From an archaeon (lineage in GTDB: Archaea > Undinarchaeota > CAZHTU01 > JBDRCC01), in the NCBI GenBank assembly GCA_043822065.1, contig JBDRCC010000006.1, forward strand, positions 16,578 to 80,577: DNA of 64,000 bases, in the 5' to 3' direction. Below the pieces are notes generated by a model. That model saw nothing but the letters and a program-made list of their open reading frames with translations. It did not search any database and was not told the origin of the DNA. This document shows positions 1 through 10,110 of the stretch, piece after piece (position 1 is the stretch's first letter; every line of letters starts with the position of its first letter). A program made the translations under genes and the position numbers.

Positions 1-3000
1 ATCGAGTTCATCCCTCAGCGCGCCGATGTCGGCGAGCACTACATAATGGTAAGCGCCGCAGACCAGTACGGGCTGGCTGCATACGAGGACTTCAAGCTGA
101 CAATACGCAGGATAAACAATCCGCCGGTGCTCTCGCCGATACCGGACCTTGTTGCAGTTCCGGGGCAGGAGTTCTACTACAAGGTGACCGCAACCGACCC
201 GGACGGCGACCCGCTGGCGTTTACCGACAACTCAACCATCTTTAACATATCTGCGGGCGGGATAATCAATTTCACTGCAACAGACGCCAACCTTGGCGAG
301 CACCCGACGGAAATATCCGTTTCGGACGGCCAGTACTCCGACAAGGAGCAGTTCCGCCTCAAGGTGCAGAGCATCTCCTACTGCGTAAAGGACTCAGACT
401 GCGTCTCCGGATACTGCAGGCATGACTGGGATGCTGAGAAGTTCTGCTCAGCCAACTCGACGGCATGCGTTTCCAACTATGAGACTGGGGCGGTAAAGAG
501 CTACCCGAGCGGCTCGCTGTTCGACACGGACACTGCAGACAAGGATGGCGAGGGCTACAGGTGCAGTCTCGGCCACTGGTCAGAGGACCCGTTCTCCACC
601 AAGGACACATTCTCCAAGATTGCCTTTAGCCATTCCGGGTATGACACGTCCACTCAGATAAAGCTGCCGCGCGGTGTTACGATAAGCGACGCCAGGCTGC
701 TCACCGAGGCATACTCAGCGATGTCCATTGACGTAGGCGTAGACGGCACTGAGGAGTACACCAGCAGGTACGAAAACCTGATTGCGGGCTCTGGCGGGCA
801 GTTTGGCTCAGCCCTTGCAGCAGCCGGCGACGTAAACCGGGACGGCTACGCAGACATACTAATCGGCGCAAGCCACGGCAACACTGCTTACCTCTACTTC
901 GGCTCGAAGACAGGTGCCACAGCCAAAGACTCAATCTCACTCACGAAGCTGTCCGGCTTCTTCGGCGCGTCAGTTGCTTCGGTCGGAGACATCGACGGCA
1001 ACAACCTCATAGACTTCATAGTCGGCGCACCTGGCAACAACTCCGCCTACATCTACCTGACGTATCCAAACCTAAGGTACAAGGACCACGAGTTCCGGCT
1101 AAGCGCCCAGACTGGGGACTTTGGCGCCGCAGTTTCCGGCGCAGGCGACGTGAACTCCGACAACTTCAAAGACTTCATTGTAGGCGCGCCTGCGGCAAAC
1201 AAGGCGTATGTCTACTACGGCGTCTACAAGAGCGTAAGCACACAGCCAGCTGTCAATCTAACCGGTCCGGCAGGTTTCGGCTCAGCGCTTGCCGCGGCTG
1301 GGGACATAAACAATGACGGGTACGACGACATAGCCGTCAGCGCCCCAGATTCAAAGAAGGTCTTTATCTACTATGGCTCTTCCGCAGGAATACTCGCTGA
1401 CTCCTACCAGGAACTTTCCGGCGAAGGGCTGTTCGGCTCGTCGGTGGCATCCGCAGGCGACGCCAACGGCGACGGATTCTCCGACCTAATCATCGGCGAC
1501 CCGTTCTCGAACAAGGCATACATCTACTACGGCAACGCGACAATGCTTGCGCAGCCAACTATCCTCCAAAAGCTGTCCGGCTTCTTCGGAAGCACGGTAT
1601 TCAGCGCGGGCGACGTCAACAACGACGGCTACGGCGACGTAATCATCAGCGCATACCAGACTGAGAAGCTGTACGTATACTTCGGCAGCGCAAATGGAAT
1701 AGACCCATCCTCTGAAGTTATAATAGACAAGGCGACAATCGGCGCCTTCGGCGAGGCAATTTCGCCGGGCGGCGACATAAACTACGACGGCTTCGACGAC
1801 ATAATATTCGGCTTCCCGCTCAACAATGAGGTTTATGTCTATTACCTGAACTCAGAGGGCGTGGACCTTGGCACCCCAATCGAAATAGTTGACATAAAGG
1901 GCGCCCTCCAGGCCAATGTCGACTCCTGCTCGCAGGACGTATGTACTGTGCCTGTGAAGATTACTTCAGGCTTCCCGCGGAACGTCACTGTCGACTCACT
2001 GCGCATTGTGTACTCCGTGCCTGGCGAAACCATTGTCATCGAGCAAAATGCAACTGCCAAACTGCCAGAGGGCGCAGGCTGCACAAGCCCTGAGAGCTGC
2101 CTGACTGGCACCTGCGTAATCTGCGGCAGCACTGGGCACTGCTCCGTCAGGAACTATCTTGTCGGGGACGGCTGCTGCCAGGCTGGCGAGGACGGGGCGA
2201 ATTCTCCTGCCGACTGCTGCAAGACGGGGGACGGCGTCTGCACCTCCAACTGCCAGCTCTTCCAGGACTACGACTGCCTGGTCGCGGAGGAAGAGGAAGA
2301 GGTTTTCCAAAACGAGATACTCCTGCAATTTTCCTCGCTCCCAAAGGATGGCATCCGTTCCAAGGTGATAACCAAGAAGTACATTGACCTTACTTCATTC
2401 GCAATCGACGTGAGGAACGACCTTCAGGACGTTTCATTCAGGATAAAGTCCTACCGGGCGCTTGACGAGCCGTTCGTCAAGCCGGAGGGGATACCCGACG
2501 CCCCAGGCCTGGTCTACAGGTACTTCAGCATAACTCCATACGACATCGGCAACGCAGATATCGACACAATAGCTCTGACGCTGAAGGTTGCAAAGGACTG
2601 GATTGCTGCAAACAATATTGATGAGAGCAAAATAACCGTCTACGAATACGCCAACAGCTGGGTTCCGCTCACGACGGGCTACCTAACTTCCGACCTGAAC
2701 TTTGCATATTACGCCACCTCCCTGGAGTCCCTCTCTTACTTTGCCATTTCCGGCGGGGAGCCAGGCATAACCGAGGCTGGCAAGGTGCCTGCCGAGGTCG
2801 ACAAGGGCGCAAGGCTCACGCTTCCGATATTCTCCGTGCCGCGCGAAGCCAACATCCTTGAGATTTTCCCAGTCGACGTGCGCGTCGCCAATATCGAGGG
2901 CGCGACGCTCCAGGACATAAAGCTTGAGTTAGTGGCGCCTGACGGCTGGACTGTTTCAGAGCCGCAGACATTCCAGACGCTCTCGCCAGGCGACTTCATA

Positions 3001-3606
3001 GACACCAGGTTCAAGGTTGCGAGCAAGGTATACGAGGCGCAGACTCCAGTGTCATTGACTTTCCTGATGACCTCCGGCGGCGAAACCGTGCTTACAAAGG
3101 AGGTTGAGCTCCAGGTGAATGTGCCTGACTTCCTGGTCGTGCCAGACCCGAAGATTCTCCTGGAAGGCAAGGGTCAGCTGAGGGTGTACACAATAATCAA
3201 CAGCGACAGGTATGAGGGCGAGGACCTGTCCATTGAAATGAACCTCAACGACCGCGGCAGCACAATCCTGACTGACGTGTACCGCCCGCAGGTAACCAAG
3301 GGCCTGACAATCAAGTACCAGGACTACTCCCTCACAACTCCGCTGGAAGACAAGGACTACAAGGTCAAGGCAGTAATGTACCTCAGGGGCATACCTGTGG
3401 GCAGCTCCGAGACTTCCGTTGACCTGTCCAACATCGTGCCTGCGAAAGTTGCGATAAGCGCCCCGACGACAGTGCTTGTGGGTGTGTTTGCCGGATTTGC
3501 TGTGCTGCTCTTGCTAGCATACGGTGCGATGAAGCGCGGCTACCTTGACAAACTCATTGCGTCATTTGGCAGGCTCCGCGAGCTTAGGAAGCCGATATAC
3601 AGCTAA
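1..3606 (+). CDS. Large surface protein, 5'-truncated: cadherin/Ig-like domain, FG-GAP (integrin-alpha beta-propeller) repeats, Cys-rich segment, PGF-pre-PGF domain, C-terminal TM anchor
   Basis: Frame is open from base 1. About 7 FG-GAP repeats (FGSALAAAGDVNRDGYADILIGA); VYRYFSI...KDWI...LSYFAI segment; hydrophobic C-terminal helix. Confidence 0.85.
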   Translation: MEFIPQRADVGEHYIMVSAADQYGLAAYEDFKLTIRRINNPPVLSPIPDLVAVPGQEFYYKVTATDPDGDPLAFTDNSTIFNISAGGIINFTATDANLGEHPTEISVSDGQYSDKEQFRLKVQSISYCVKDSDCVSGYCRHDWDAEKFCSANSTACVSNYETGAVKSYPSGSLFDTDTADKDGEGYRCSLGHWSEDPFSTKDTFSKIAFSHSGYDTSTQIKLPRGVTISDARLLTEAYSAMSIDVGVDGTEEYTSRYENLIAGSGGQFGSALAAAGDVNRDGYADILIGASHGNTAYLYFGSKTGATAKDSISLTKLSGFFGASVASVGDIDGNNLIDFIVGAPGNNSAYIYLTYPNLRYKDHEFRLSAQTGDFGAAVSGAGDVNSDNFKDFIVGAPAANKAYVYYGVYKSVSTQPAVNLTGPAGFGSALAAAGDINNDGYDDIAVSAPDSKKVFIYYGSSAGILADSYQELSGEGLFGSSVASAGDANGDGFSDLIIGDPFSNKAYIYYGNATMLAQPTILQKLSGFFGSTVFSAGDVNNDGYGDVIISAYQTEKLYVYFGSANGIDPSSEVIIDKATIGAFGEAISPGGDINYDGFDDIIFGFPLNNEVYVYYLNSEGVDLGTPIEIVDIKGALQANVDSCSQDVCTVPVKITSGFPRNVTVDSLRIVYSVPGETIVIEQNATAKLPEGAGCTSPESCLTGTCVICGSTGHCSVRNYLVGDGCCQAGEDGANSPADCCKTGDGVCTSNCQLFQDYDCLVAEEEEEVFQNEILLQFSSLPKDGIRSKVITKKYIDLTSFAIDVRNDLQDVSFRIKSYRALDEPFVKPEGIPDAPGLVYRYFSITPYDIGNADIDTIALTLKVAKDWIAANNIDESKITVYEYANSWVPLTTGYLTSDLNFAYYATSLESLSYFAISGGEPGITEAGKVPAEVDKGARLTLPIFSVPREANILEIFPVDVRVANIEGATLQDIKLELVAPDGWTVSEPQTFQTLSPGDFIDTRFKVASKVYEAQTPVSLTFLMTSGGETVLTKEVELQVNVPDFLVVPDPKILLEGKGQLRVYTIINSDRYEGEDLSIEMNLNDRGSTILTDVYRPQVTKGLTIKYQDYSLTTPLEDKDYKVKAVMYLRGIPVGSSETSVDLSNIVPAKVAISAPTTVLVGVFAGFAVLLLLAYGAMKRGYLDKLIASFGRLRELRKPIYS

Positions 3607-3664
3607 GAAACCAGGCTGAAACCAAAAGATTATATACTGTCTTTCTATATATCCCTCGAGGAAT

Positions 3665-3931
3665 ATGGTATACGTCTTTGGCATAGATATGCCCATAATG
3701 GAGCTACTTCTTGTATATGCTGTCCTCTCTGGGATAAGCCTTCTTGTGCTTGTGTATGAGATCTTCAAGCTGAAATCCCTGCTGCTTACCGAGAAGAAGG
3801 CGCTGACCGAGTTTGAGACGGATATAAACCGGTTTGAAGCCGAGGAAAAGAAGCTAGAGGAAGAGGAAAGAAAGCTTGCAGAGGAAGAGGCAAGGCTTGC
3901 CCAGGACGAAGCCGCCCTTGAAGAGGCTTAA
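3665..3931 (+). CDS. Small membrane protein with acidic coiled coil
   Basis: N-terminal TM helix then E/K-rich heptads; TATA-like sequence upstream. Confidence 0.7.
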   Translation: MVYVFGIDMPIMELLLVYAVLSGISLLVLVYEIFKLKSLLLTEKKALTEFETDINRFEAEEKKLEEEERKLAEEEARLAQDEAALEEA

Positions 3932-3997
3932 GCCTAGCTGCTTTGGCAGTCCAACCCAGAAGCAAAATTAAATAAAGCCATCTAGCATTCCTCCGTT

Positions 3998-5248
3998 ATG
4001 GATGCGCTAATACTTGCCGCAGGCAAAGGGGAGCGGATGTGGCCCCTGACTGACACCCGCCCGAAAGTCCTGCTTCCTGCAGCCGGAAAGACATTTCTTG
4101 AGTGGAATATTCTCGCCCTGAAAGAGGCAGGAATCCGCTCCGCAGTCATAATCGTCTCTGACGACCGGATAGAAAAGGCGCTTGGAAAATCCTGTTATGG
4201 CGTACGGCTGCAGTATGTCCTGCAGTCCCCGCCTGCGGGCACAGGGGACGCCGTGCTCAAGGCAGAGGGCAAGGTCAAGCCGCCGTTCCTCTGCATAAAC
4301 GGGGACAGCCTCGTAAACGGCAAGGAGGTCTCAAGGATAATCGCCAGGCACAAGGCGTCAGGCAAGAACGTCCTCGGAGTCATGAAAGTGGACGACATAT
4401 CCCAATTTGGGGAGATACTCTTCTCCGACACAGGATTGGTCAGCGAAATCCGCGAAAAGCCGCCCGCTCCAACGAGCTCTTTTGCGTCATGCGGCATATA
4501 TGCCTTCACAAAGGAGGTATTCTCCGCGCTAAAGAGGATAAAAAAATCCCCCCGTGGCGAATACGAGCTCACCGACGCGCTTCAGCTGCTGGCTGACGAA
4601 AAAAAGCTATACTCCGTCAAGGTAGCCTTCTGGAAGCACCTGTCATACCCCTGGGACCTTCTTGAAATCAACGAGCAGATATTATCCTCACTCAAGACAA
4701 AGGTCAACGGGACCGTCGAGAAGGGGGCGACTTTGAAGGGCGCGGTCTACGTGGGCAAAGGCGCACTTGTGAAATCCGGGGCGTACATCGAGGGTCCAGC
4801 CTACATAGGCGAAAATGCGACAGTGGGGCCCAACTGCTTCATCCGCAAATCAACTTCGCTCGGCAGCGGCGTCCGCATCGGAAACGCAGTTGAGATAAAA
4901 AATTCCATAATCATGGACAACACCTATATCTCCCACCTTACATACGTCGGCGACTCAGTCATAGGCTCCAACTGCAATCTCGGCGCCGGGACAGTCTGCG
5001 CAAACCTCCGCCTCGACAACGGCACCTGTAAGGCCCCAGTAAAGGGCAAGCTCATCGACAGCAGGCGCAGAAAGCTCGGGCTAATAATGGGGGACAACTC
5101 CCAGACCGGCATACACTCCGTTATAAACCCTGGAAAATTCATCGGGTCAAACTCAATAGTGGCTCCCGGCGTCCAAGTGACCAAAAACATCCCGTCCAAT
5201 TCCTTTGTTTCAGTGACGCAGAATTTGGAGGTGAAAGAATGCTCATAG
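3998..5248 (+). CDS. glmU: Bifunctional sugar-1-phosphate nucleotidylyltransferase/acetyltransferase (archaeal GlmU type)
   Basis: LAAGKGERMWPLTDTRPK motif; left-handed beta-helix repeats; HLTYVGDS. Confidence 0.9.
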   Translation: MDALILAAGKGERMWPLTDTRPKVLLPAAGKTFLEWNILALKEAGIRSAVIIVSDDRIEKALGKSCYGVRLQYVLQSPPAGTGDAVLKAEGKVKPPFLCINGDSLVNGKEVSRIIARHKASGKNVLGVMKVDDISQFGEILFSDTGLVSEIREKPPAPTSSFASCGIYAFTKEVFSALKRIKKSPRGEYELTDALQLLADEKKLYSVKVAFWKHLSYPWDLLEINEQILSSLKTKVNGTVEKGATLKGAVYVGKGALVKSGAYIEGPAYIGENATVGPNCFIRKSTSLGSGVRIGNAVEIKNSIIMDNTYISHLTYVGDSVIGSNCNLGAGTVCANLRLDNGTCKAPVKGKLIDSRRRKLGLIMGDNSQTGIHSVINPGKFIGSNSIVAPGVQVTKNIPSNSFVSVTQNLEVKECS

Positions 5249-5823
5249 CAATAGAGGGCATTGACGGCTCCGGCAAGGGGACTCAGTGCGAACTTCTGAA
5301 AAAATGGCTGAAGAAAGAGGGTTACGATGTTGTTGTGACTGCTGAGCCGACGCGGGGATATGTCGGGCAGCTAATCCGGAAGATATTGCGGAACGACCTC
5401 GACGTTGACCCAAAATCCCTGGCTCTGCTGTTCACAGCAGACAGGTTTGAGCACCAGGTAAAGGTGCTTGAGAAGCTTAAGGACCAGATAGTGATAACCG
5501 ACAGGTATTCCCTGAGCACGTATGCATACCAGGCAGCGCAGGGCGTGCCAGTCAGCTACCTGGAGAAGATACATGCCGGCATAATGAAGCCAGACCTCCA
5601 GATACTCCTGGACGTCAAGCCGGAGAATGCCGTAAAGCGCCTAAGGACAAACCACAAGTTTGAGAAGCCGGACTTCCTGAAGCGCGTCCGGAGGAAATAC
5701 CTTGAGCTTGCTGACGAGGACACATATGTCGTCTCCAGCGAGAAGAAGGTGCAGGACACATTCAAGGACATACAGAAAATAGTGAGGAACTACCTTAAAC
5801 GCAGGTATCAATCTAAAAAATGA
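5239..5823 (+). CDS. tmk: Thymidylate kinase
   Basis: IAIEGIDGSGKGT P-loop; LLFTADR; DRY motif. Confidence 0.95.
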   Translation: MLIAIEGIDGSGKGTQCELLKKWLKKEGYDVVVTAEPTRGYVGQLIRKILRNDLDVDPKSLALLFTADRFEHQVKVLEKLKDQIVITDRYSLSTYAYQAAQGVPVSYLEKIHAGIMKPDLQILLDVKPENAVKRLRTNHKFEKPDFLKRVRRKYLELADEDTYVVSSEKKVQDTFKDIQKIVRNYLKRRYQSKK

Positions 5824-6350
5824 GCGAAAAAGCCGCCAGCGCCCTCCTTAGCACGGACAGGGCCATAGTCTTTGACGAGAAGGATGCGAGCAGGATTTGG
5901 AACAAGGGCCACTTTGGCGAGTACCACGGCGGAAACCTTGAGCTTTCCATGCTCGAGGCGCTTTTCCTCATGGAGCAGGGGCGGCTTGCGCTCACTGACG
6001 GTGCAGGGAAGGAAATAAGCTACAAGCAGCTTTACACGGACTGCACAAAAAAGTACGAAAACTTTGTTTCAACCTTCGACGCCTACAAGGACCTGCGCGC
6101 GCGGGGCTACATCGTCAAGACAGGCTTCAAGTTTGGCGCGCACTTCAGGCTTTACCCGAAGGGCACAAACCCTGGCGAGGGGCACAGCGACTTTCTTGTC
6201 AACGTCCTTTCGGAGGAGTACCCATTCTCCCTGCAGGATTTGTCCAGGTCGGTCCGCCTTTCCCACAGCGTGAAAAAGAAGATATGGTACGCCGTTGTTG
6301 ATTCAGAGGGTGACCTGACCTACTATGAAATCGTCAGGGTCAAGCCTTAG
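5820..6350 (+). CDS. endA: tRNA-intron endonuclease (single-domain, alpha4-type size)
   Basis: YKDLRARGYIVKTGFKFGAHFRLY; catalytic His (GHS); SHSVKK. Confidence 0.92.
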   Translation: MSEKAASALLSTDRAIVFDEKDASRIWNKGHFGEYHGGNLELSMLEALFLMEQGRLALTDGAGKEISYKQLYTDCTKKYENFVSTFDAYKDLRARGYIVKTGFKFGAHFRLYPKGTNPGEGHSDFLVNVLSEEYPFSLQDLSRSVRLSHSVKKKIWYAVVDSEGDLTYYEIVRVKP

Positions 6351-6355
6351 CCGCC

Positions 6356-6784
6356 TTAATACGCCTTGAAGTCCTTCACTACCCCGCTCGCCTGTTTTAG
6401 GTTGTCAACCGAGAACGCTATCTGCCCCCTGTTGTTCTCCTTGTTTTTCCCAAGCAGGTAGACTGACTCGACGTTAACCCCCGCCTCGGCAAGCTTTCCC
6501 GCGACCTTGGCGAGCTCCCCCGGCCTGTCTATGAGCTCAAGCACCATTATGTCGCTCTCGGTAAAATTTATGTTGTTTTTCTGGAGCGCGTTTCTCGTGG
6601 TCGAAAGGTCGTCAGTGACAACCTTGATTAAGCCGTTCTTCGGCTTCCCCTCCGCAGGGAGCTCGAAGGCGCAAACCGCTTCGGTGGCAATCGCCTTTAT
6701 GTTCACCGCGCTTTTGGCGAGGCATCCGGTTACCTCCGCCAATGAACCAATCTTGTTTTTAACTATAATATTGAATTGCTTCAT
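6356..6784 (-). CDS. Tandem ACT-domain protein
   Basis: NKIGSLAEV and DRPGELAKV ACT motifs. Confidence 0.85.
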   Translation of the reverse strand: MKQFNIIVKNKIGSLAEVTGCLAKSAVNIKAIATEAVCAFELPAEGKPKNGLIKVVTDDLSTTRNALQKNNINFTESDIMVLELIDRPGELAKVAGKLAEAGVNVESVYLLGKNKENNRGQIAFSVDNLKQASGVVKDFKAY

Positions 6785-6823
6785 ACCCAGTATTACGCGC
6801 TTGAGGCTTATATACCTTGGGCG

Positions 6824-7612
6824 TTATGGGAGGTGCATCAGCCAGTAGGCCACCTTTATCCCAAAAGCAGCCCCCATAATGGCAATCTGCCGGCCAAGCC
6901 GGTATTCCCTCAGCTTTCCGCTTAGCAGGAGGGCAAGCCACACCAAGAAGAGGTAGGGCGGCACTATCGACAGCAGGTGGACGCTCTTGTGCGTCCAGGC
7001 GCCGAGCGCTATCCCCGCAATCTCGTCAAAGCCGGTTATGAAACCCGTGATGTAGACCAGGAACCTGTCCCGCAGGTCTAACTCGTTGAAAGCCAGCATT
7101 ATGGCCATGAGAAATAATAGGTTCATGCCGTACTCAAGGCTGAACCCTGAATAAAACACGTCAAACATGAACAGCATCAAAATCGTCCCAAACGCCAGCA
7201 GGCGGAAATTTATCTGCTGCAGGGTCTTTTCCTTTAGGTGCGCCCAGAAGTTCTCGGCTGCCCAGTATATTATCCCATACCCTGGCAAGAGGAATATCGG
7301 GACGCTAAAATAGTCGACAAAAGTGTACTCGAAGAGGCCTAGCCACACCCCCACTATCTCGTGCGTGAAGCCAACCACGGACGCCATCACCAGGAATATT
7401 CTTCCAAGGCGGTCTGAGTTCCTCCAAAATATGACCCATAACACAACCAGCATCGAAAACATGACTTCCTCATAGCCGTTGACATACAGCCCGAGGGAAA
7501 GCATTATCATGAGGACGGAGAAGACCATGAAATGCCAGGGCTCCTCGAAGAACTTGCGCTCCCTGGGGGCTGGCTGCCCGAGCAGCTCCCAGATATGCTT
7601 CTCACGTATCAT
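6824..7612 (-). CDS. Polytopic membrane protein with internally duplicated halves, function unknown
   Basis: About 8 hydrophobic segments; GFTHEIVGVWLG and GFDEIAGIALG repeat. Confidence 0.7.
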   Translation of the reverse strand: MIREKHIWELLGQPAPRERKFFEEPWHFMVFSVLMIMLSLGLYVNGYEEVMFSMLVVLWVIFWRNSDRLGRIFLVMASVVGFTHEIVGVWLGLFEYTFVDYFSVPIFLLPGYGIIYWAAENFWAHLKEKTLQQINFRLLAFGTILMLFMFDVFYSGFSLEYGMNLLFLMAIMLAFNELDLRDRFLVYITGFITGFDEIAGIALGAWTHKSVHLLSIVPPYLFLVWLALLLSGKLREYRLGRQIAIMGAAFGIKVAYWLMHLP

Positions 7613-7683
7613 GCATAGCCAAATCCAGCCAATTGTTAAATAATTTGCGAACTTATTTATCCTTTAGAGGAGTAGTCCCCTGT

Positions 7684-8442
7684 ATGCCGGCAGACAAATT
7701 CAAAGAAAGCGCAAAAACTCTCCTTTCCCTCCTAGAAAAGAGCGCCGCTTCCTGTTCGGAAGGGCTCACGCGGGCGTCGCTTGCCTTTTCCGGCGGACTC
7801 GATTCCGCAATCTTTGCGGGCATACTCCGCAAGCGGATTGGGCTTGAGCTTGTTGCAACCGGGGTAGCCGGCTCCTATGACCTCTCAAATGCGGCATCAG
7901 CCGCCTCGCAGCTTGGCATGCCCCTCAAACAGATAGTTCTGACAAAGGAGCAGATATGGGCTGCTGCGGATGCGGTTTCCAGGATTATAACGCCCGCGAA
8001 TCGGCTGAACGTCGAAATTGCTGTCCCCTTCTACATACTGTCCAAACAGATAACTACCCGGCACCTCTTTGCAGGACAGGGCGCGGATGAGCTCTTTGGA
8101 GGGTACTCGCGCTACACGCGCTCCAAAAACGCTCTTAGGGACATGGACGCTGACACTTCCGCGCTCCCCTTGGTTATAAACCGCAGGGAAGCCCGCGTCT
8201 GCAATAAATTCGGGGTCGAACTGCTCCTTCCATACTTGGGCAAGGAGCTGGCACTTTATGCCCTGAGCCTGCCTGTCGAGTACAGAATCTCAGGCGAAAA
8301 CCGGAAAGCAGTCCTTAGGGAAGCCGGCCGGCTTTTGGGTCTGCCGCCTGCCATTACAAACCAAAAGAAGAAGGCAATGCAGTACGGCTCTGGAATCTCC
8401 AAGGCGCTGCGGGGCTACTGGACTGCTAATTCTGCATTATGA
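7684..8442 (+). CDS. Stand-alone asparagine synthase C-terminal (PP-loop) domain protein
   Basis: AFSGGLDS, GQGADELFGGY, KKAMQYGSG. No N-terminal glutaminase domain. ATG at 7684. Confidence 0.85.
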   Translation: MPADKFKESAKTLLSLLEKSAASCSEGLTRASLAFSGGLDSAIFAGILRKRIGLELVATGVAGSYDLSNAASAASQLGMPLKQIVLTKEQIWAAADAVSRIITPANRLNVEIAVPFYILSKQITTRHLFAGQGADELFGGYSRYTRSKNALRDMDADTSALPLVINRREARVCNKFGVELLLPYLGKELALYALSLPVEYRISGENRKAVLREAGRLLGLPPAITNQKKKAMQYGSGISKALRGYWTANSAL

Positions 8443-8740
8443 ATTTGCAGTCCGGCGTTACTTCTACAAAATGGTGTGCGTCGCCAAGCCTGTACTGGGG
8501 GCACTGGTTGTCTGGGTTGTCGTCCACTTCCACCCTCGGGCTGTGCGCCACGTCGCACACCCAGTCCTCACCAATTTGCCCGAGGCAGGGTCCAGTCGAA
8601 AGGTCTGAACCTGCGTCCCGCCTGGCGATGCATGCCTGGAGGCACAGCTCCTTTTCGGTAAGCGGCTTTTCATGCCGGGAAATGCAGCCGAGCGAAATCA
8701 AAACAAGGCATAAAAGGCAAATCCATAGCGCTCGCTTCAT
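8426..8740 (-). CDS. Small Cys-rich putative lipoprotein
   Basis: Signal peptide ending ISLGC; six further Cys. Confidence 0.65.
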   Translation of the reverse strand: MKRALWICLLCLVLISLGCISRHEKPLTEKELCLQACIARRDAGSDLSTGPCLGQIGEDWVCDVAHSPRVEVDDNPDNQCPQYRLGDAHHFVEVTPDCKFIMQN

Positions 8741-8838
8741 GCTGATAGAAATCTCCTCAACTCTTATATAATTTGCTAAACCGCATCCTGAACTCCTTAG
8801 GAAACCTTAAAAAAGCCACCCGTACTAATCCATCGACT

Positions 8839-10083
8839 ATGCCAGAAATAGACCCATTCGAGGTTGCACTGAAACAGATAGATGCCGTTAAACCCTATCT
8901 AAAAGTACCAGACGACATTTTTGAGGTTATGAGGCATCCAAAACAGGTGCTTGAGGTCTCTGTGCCGGTTAAGATGGACGATGGCTCTATCAAGACCTTC
9001 CAGGGATACAGGTGCCAGTATAACACTGCCCGGGGCCCGGCAAAGGGCGGTATACGGTACCACCCCGATGTGTCAAGGTCCGAAGTTATGGCCCTTGCCT
9101 GCTGGATGACCTGGAAGTGCTCCGTAGTCGGAATACCCTACGGCGGCGGAAAGGGCGGAATAATCTGCAACCCGCCTAAGATGTCCCAGACCGAGCTCGA
9201 GAAGCTCAGCAGGGGATACATCCGCGCAATTTATGATACTATTGGCGAAACCAAGGACGTGCCAGCCCCCGATGTATTCACCACACCCCAGATAATGGCG
9301 TGGATGATGGACGAATACTCAATAATCGCAAGGCGCCAGGTGCCGGGCGTAATCACCGGCAAGCCACTCAGCCTCGGCGGCTCGGCAGGACGGACGGAAG
9401 CAACAGCGATGGGCGGGCTCTACGTGACAAACATGACTATGAAGCACCTTGGCCTCAAGGCAAAGGGCGCGGACGTAGTCATACAGGGCTTTGGCAACGT
9501 CGGAAGCAACATGGCAGTCCTTATGCACAACGCAGGCTACAATGTAACTGCAATCAGCGACGTCTTCGGAGGAATTGAAGACCCGAAGGGCATTAATGTG
9601 CCCCAGCTGATGGACCACTTCAAAAAGACAGGGACTGTCACGAAGTTCAAGGGCGCAAAAACAATCGACAACAAGGAAATCCTTGAGCGGAAGTGCGACA
9701 TCCTCATCCCCGCAGCGATAGAGGGCGTCATAACCAAGAAAAACGTGGACAACCTCAAGGCGAAGGTCGTTGTCGAGCTTGCAAACGGCCCGACGACTCC
9801 GGACGCCGACAAGGTGCTCTTCGACAAGGGCGTAACCCTCGTCCCGGACATCCTGGCAAACGCCGGCGGAGTCACGGTCTCGTACTTCGAGTGGGTGCAG
9901 AACCTCCAGAACTACTACTGGACCGTCGACGAAGTCAACACCAGGCTTGAGCGGATAATGACTGACGCTTTCAACGCGACAATCTACCGGAAGAAGAAGC
10001 ATGAGGTTGACATGCGCCAGGCGGCATACGTCGTCGCCATGGGCCGGGTAGCAGAAGCTATCCAACTAAGGGGACTTTATTAA
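8839..10083 (+). CDS. gdhA: Glutamate dehydrogenase
   Basis: GPAKGGIRYHP, GGGKGG, DVPAPD, GFGNVG, ANAGGVTVSYFEW. ATG at 8839. Confidence 0.96.
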   Translation: MPEIDPFEVALKQIDAVKPYLKVPDDIFEVMRHPKQVLEVSVPVKMDDGSIKTFQGYRCQYNTARGPAKGGIRYHPDVSRSEVMALACWMTWKCSVVGIPYGGGKGGIICNPPKMSQTELEKLSRGYIRAIYDTIGETKDVPAPDVFTTPQIMAWMMDEYSIIARRQVPGVITGKPLSLGGSAGRTEATAMGGLYVTNMTMKHLGLKAKGADVVIQGFGNVGSNMAVLMHNAGYNVTAISDVFGGIEDPKGINVPQLMDHFKKTGTVTKFKGAKTIDNKEILERKCDILIPAAIEGVITKKNVDNLKAKVVVELANGPTTPDADKVLFDKGVTLVPDILANAGGVTVSYFEWVQNLQNYYWTVDEVNTRLERIMTDAFNATIYRKKKHEVDMRQAAYVVAMGRVAEAIQLRGLY

Positions 10084-10088
10084 TCAGG

Positions 10089-10110
10089 GAAGGGGCTCTG
10101 CCCCTTCTTT
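10089..10110. terminator. Hairpin between convergent genes, likely terminator
   Basis: GAAGGGGC-TCT-GCCCCTTC followed by TTT, right after the gdhA stop. Confidence 0.55.

Noticed and set aside
9319-10065. Long antisense ORFs opposite gdhA, ClC, ACD and others
   Set aside because: Typical codon-bias shadows with no motifs or promoters.
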